Below, piece after piece: positions 60,512 through 64,000 of a DNA stretch of 64,000 nt. The position numbers and the translations under genes were made by a program. The notes below the pieces were generated by a model, which was not told the origin of the DNA, did not search any database, and was given only the letters and a program-made list of their open reading frames with translations. Origin of the DNA: Octopus vulgaris (lineage: Eukaryota); contig OX597839.1 in the NCBI GenBank assembly GCA_951406725.2, positions 26,102,001-26,166,000 of the forward strand. The letters run 5' to 3'. Each line of letters starts with the position of its first letter. Position 1 is the first letter of the stretch.

Positions 60512-61090
60512 TATTATTAACTCCACCTTAGTGAAGGTGGAGGTATTGTTTTCAGTGATGTTTGTTGGTTTGTTTGTCCATGGACAAGATATCTCACGAA
60601 CTGCTGGATGGATTAGGATGAAACTTTCAGGGATGTTTGGCCTCATGACTGGCACACACTGATTAGATTTTAGGATTGATCCGGTACCGGACAAGGAATC
60701 TGGATTACTTATCCTGTTTCTTTACTTAATTTTTGAGAGCGGTCGGGTTCATTTTTAGTATTCTCGTTTGTGAGAGCAATTGAGTTTATTTCAGATTTTC
60801 TCATTTTAAAAATCACCTCTGGCTAATCATTGAGAGGACATTGGTGTTGCCTTGGCAGAGATTTGCGCTGAGTGACTCTTGTTACTTCCGCTTTAGCAAA
60901 GATATTGTTTTCAGTTGTGTTTGTTTGTCCATGGGACAAGATATCTCAAGAACTGCTGGATGGATTCGGATGAAATTGTGAGAGCAGTCAAGTTTATTTC
61001 AGATATTCTCATTTTGAAGATCATCTCTAATCGTTGAGACGACGTTGGTGTTGCTTCGGCAGAGGTTTGCGCTCTCTGAGTGCTCTTGTT
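60512..61090 (+). mobile_element. Two tandem Helentron-type non-autonomous elements (HINE/DINE-1-like architecture)
   Basis: 5' hairpin CTCCACCTT-AGTG-AAGGTGGAG, TGTT microsatellite, GGAT...ATGAAACTTT core, 3' GGCAGAG sub-terminal repeat followed by the GCGCTCTCTGAGTGC hairpin, T-rich ends. Confidence 0.65.
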
Positions 61091-61503
61091 ATAATTATCA
61101 TTAATTGAAGCTATAGTTAGCATGACAGACAAAATGCTTAGCAGCATGTCATCCATCCTTACGTTCCGAGTTCAAACTCCACCAAGGTGGGCATCCTTTC
61201 GGAGTTGATAAAATAGATTGAGCAGTGGGAGTCAATGTAAATGACTAATCTCATCCCTCAAAATTTCAGGCTTTGTACCTACTCTTTTATTCGTTTCAGC
61301 CATTTGACTGTGGCCATGCTGGAGCACTGCCTTTAGTCAAGCAAATCAACACCAGGAATTATTCTTTGTAAGCCTAGTACTTATTCTAGTGATCTCTTTT
61401 GTGCTGAACCGCTAAGTTATGGGGACATAAACACACCAGTATCAGTTGTCAAGTGATGGGGGAGAGGGCCAAACACAAACATATACGTGTGTGTGTGTGT
61501 GTT

Positions 61504-61546
<43 letters not shown>

Positions 61547-62029
61547 GACAGGCTTCTTTCAGTTTCCATCTACCAAATCCACTCACAAGGCTTTGGTCGG
61601 CCTGAGGCTATAGTAGAAGACACTTGACCAAGGAGTCACGCAGTGGGACTGAACCCGGAACCATGTGGTTGGTAAGCAAGCTACTTGCCACACAGCCACT
61701 CCTGCACCTATATATTTATGCTTGTGTGTGTACGTACATATATACATACATACATACATATAATTCACCAGTTTCATCACACACACACACTTTTGCATAG
61801 ATATTATCTGCATCCTACTTGGGCTCAACACGGAAATAACAACCAAATAACTATCAAAAGGACAACCAGAATCCTATCTTATCGACAGAAAACACACAAT
61901 GGGATCACTTGAACAGAAATCCACTCCTCTTAGCACTTTAAGGTTTGCTATTGTAGCATTGGCCTATCTTCCATCATACAAAAGGGAATCACCAAATGAC
62001 CTACTTACAAAGGAGGCAGTCTTACTGTG

Positions 62030-62880
62030 TGATCTACCAACAATGGAACACCATAACTTTATGATCTGGCTACAACGGGGCATAACATTTTTAAGAGCTA
62101 GCTACAACAGGGTATCATCATTTTATGATGTATCCATAATGGAGCATAACTTTATGATCTACCAAAAATAGAGCATCATAACTATGATCTACCAACAATG
62201 GGGCATCATAACTTTATGATCTACCAACAATGGAGCATCATAACTTTATGATCTACCAACAATGGAGCATCATAACTTTATGATTTACCAACAATGGAGC
62301 ATCATCATTTTATGATCTACCAACAATGGAGCATCATAACTTTATGATCTACCAACAATGGAGCATCATAACTTTATGATCTACCAACAATGGGGCATCA
62401 TCACTTTATGATCTACCAACAATGGAGCATCATAACTTTATGATCTACCAACAATGGGGCATCATCACTTTATGATCTACCAACGATGGAGCATCATAAC
62501 TTTATGATCTACCAACAATGGGGCATCATCACTTTATGATCTACCAACAATGGAGCATCATCACTTTATGATCTACCAACAATGGAGCATTATAACTTTA
62601 TGATCTACCAACAATGGGGCATCATAACTTTATGATCTACCAACAATGGAGCATCATAACTTTATGATCTACCAACAATGGGGCATCATCACTTTATGAT
62701 CTAGCTACAATAGGGCATTGTAATTTTACAAACTAGCTACAATAAAGCATCATAACTTTATGATATACCTACAAAAGGCATAACTTCACAATCTACTCAA
62801 AATGGGGCATTGTAACTTTATGATCTACTTAAAATGAGTCATCATAACTATGATCCCACAATAATAGAGCATTCTGACTG
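62030..62880. repeat. 32-bp minisatellite (TGATCTACCAACAATGGAGCATCATAACTTTA)n, about 16 well-conserved units at 62186-62700 with decayed flanking units
   Basis: Period 32 (CTACC at 62221, 62253, ...); no unique spacers. Confidence 0.96.
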
Positions 62881-63408
62881 TGTGACCTATTTACAATTCA
62901 ATCCGGTAGAGCACTGCCTTTCTAATTAAAATATACCCACATGACACAGGATTGCCTACAGTAAAAACTATATAAATAACATTTTTCTTTCTTTCTTTTA
63001 CTAATTTCATTCATTGGGCTCTGGCCATGCTAGAGCACTACCATCTTCTAAAGTACAGTCGACTTTATTGATCAGAGGAGTAGTAAGGTGGAGAAGACGA
63101 ATGGCTATTGTAGAAGTAAACTTCTCATCAGTTGAGCCATGGCACATAGGGTTCCTTGCAAACATGAAATGGTGTCATGCAGTGGAGCAAGAGACAATTG
63201 TGTGAGTTTCACATTCAGAGATTCATAACATTATTTAGGCGCACAGAGCGGCTGTGTGGTAAGACGCTTGCTTCCCAACTACATAGCTCTGGGTTCAGTC
63301 CCGCTGCATGGCACCTTGGGCATGTGTCTCCTACTATAGCCTGGGGCTGACCAAAGCCTTGTGAGTGGGTTTGATAGATGGAAACTGAAAGAAGCCTGTC
63401 GTATATAA

Positions 63409-63442
<34 letters not shown>

Positions 63443-64000
63443 TTATGTGTGTCGCCACCACCATCGCTTGAAAACCTATGTAGCTGTGTTTACATCCTCG
63501 TAACTTAGCAGTTTGGCAAAAGAGACCCGACAGAATAAGCACCGGGCTTACAAAGGAGTCGATTTCTTTGAGTAAAAGGCAGCGCTCCAGCATGGCCACA
63601 GTCAAAACGACAAACATGTAAACGAAGAAATATGGTAATCATTTACTAATTTGCAGTTGTGTTTGAGCCTAGCATGTTATATAACCCTTATCTGTCTGTA
63701 ATATAACCCCCCACCCCGGGGCCGCCTCCATAGTATTCATTATCACACTGATTAGGTTAATCACTTGCTCTGCTCTTATCTCCCCCATTATCAACACCAT
63801 TATTTATTTCGTTGCAGACACTACCAATGCTTTTCAGTAATATCAGTCACTTAGGCACTTCTTCCAAATTGTACTAACATGCAGGAGGCGCAATGGCCCA
63901 GTGGTTAGGGCAGCGGACTCGCGGTCGTAGGATCGCGGTTTCGATTCCCAGACCGGGCGTTGTGAGTGTTTATTGAGCGAAAACACCTAAAAGGCTCCAC

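Noticed and set aside
62030-62880. CRISPR array (32-bp partly palindromic repeat)
   Set aside because: Units abut with no unique spacers, there are no cas genes, and the context is a eukaryotic genome.

Overview
Eukaryotic, repeat-dense genomic DNA. The tRNA-derived SINE families and (TA/CA/GA/ATC/AAT)n load suggest an octopus or other coleoid cephalopod (inference). One protein-coding gene is supported: a minus-strand myotubularin-related phosphoinositide 3-phosphatase of the MTMR3/MTMR4 group. I traced 12 coding exons between 43492 and 11265. All have GT-AG boundaries and compatible phases, and they total 3048 nt (1016 codons), covering the PH-GRAM region, the PTP domain with HCSDGWDR, a Ser-rich linker and the coiled coil. 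The start-codon exon is uncertain (candidate MQLKC at 46326-46340), and the C-terminal FYVE exons were not found in the window. The rest is intronic or upstream sequence filled with SINEs, RTE and CR1-like LINE 3' ends, mariner remnants, hAT and piggyBac MITEs, Helentron-type non-autonomous elements, a solo LTR and micro/minisatellites. Nearly all ORFs in the supplied track are repeat artefacts. The most interesting unannotated signals are: two type I hammerhead-ribozyme-like motifs (5211-5305 plus; 13633-13727 minus, inside a perfect 47-bp inverted repeat); serial nesting of piggyBac-family elements at a homologous internal TTAA (6545-7990); long SINE fold-back hairpins in the predicted pre-mRNA (candidate ADAR substrates); a duplicated splice donor; and a shared 3' tail between an RTE LINE and a SINE family. 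I cannot show from sequence alone that any of these is a previously undescribed system.
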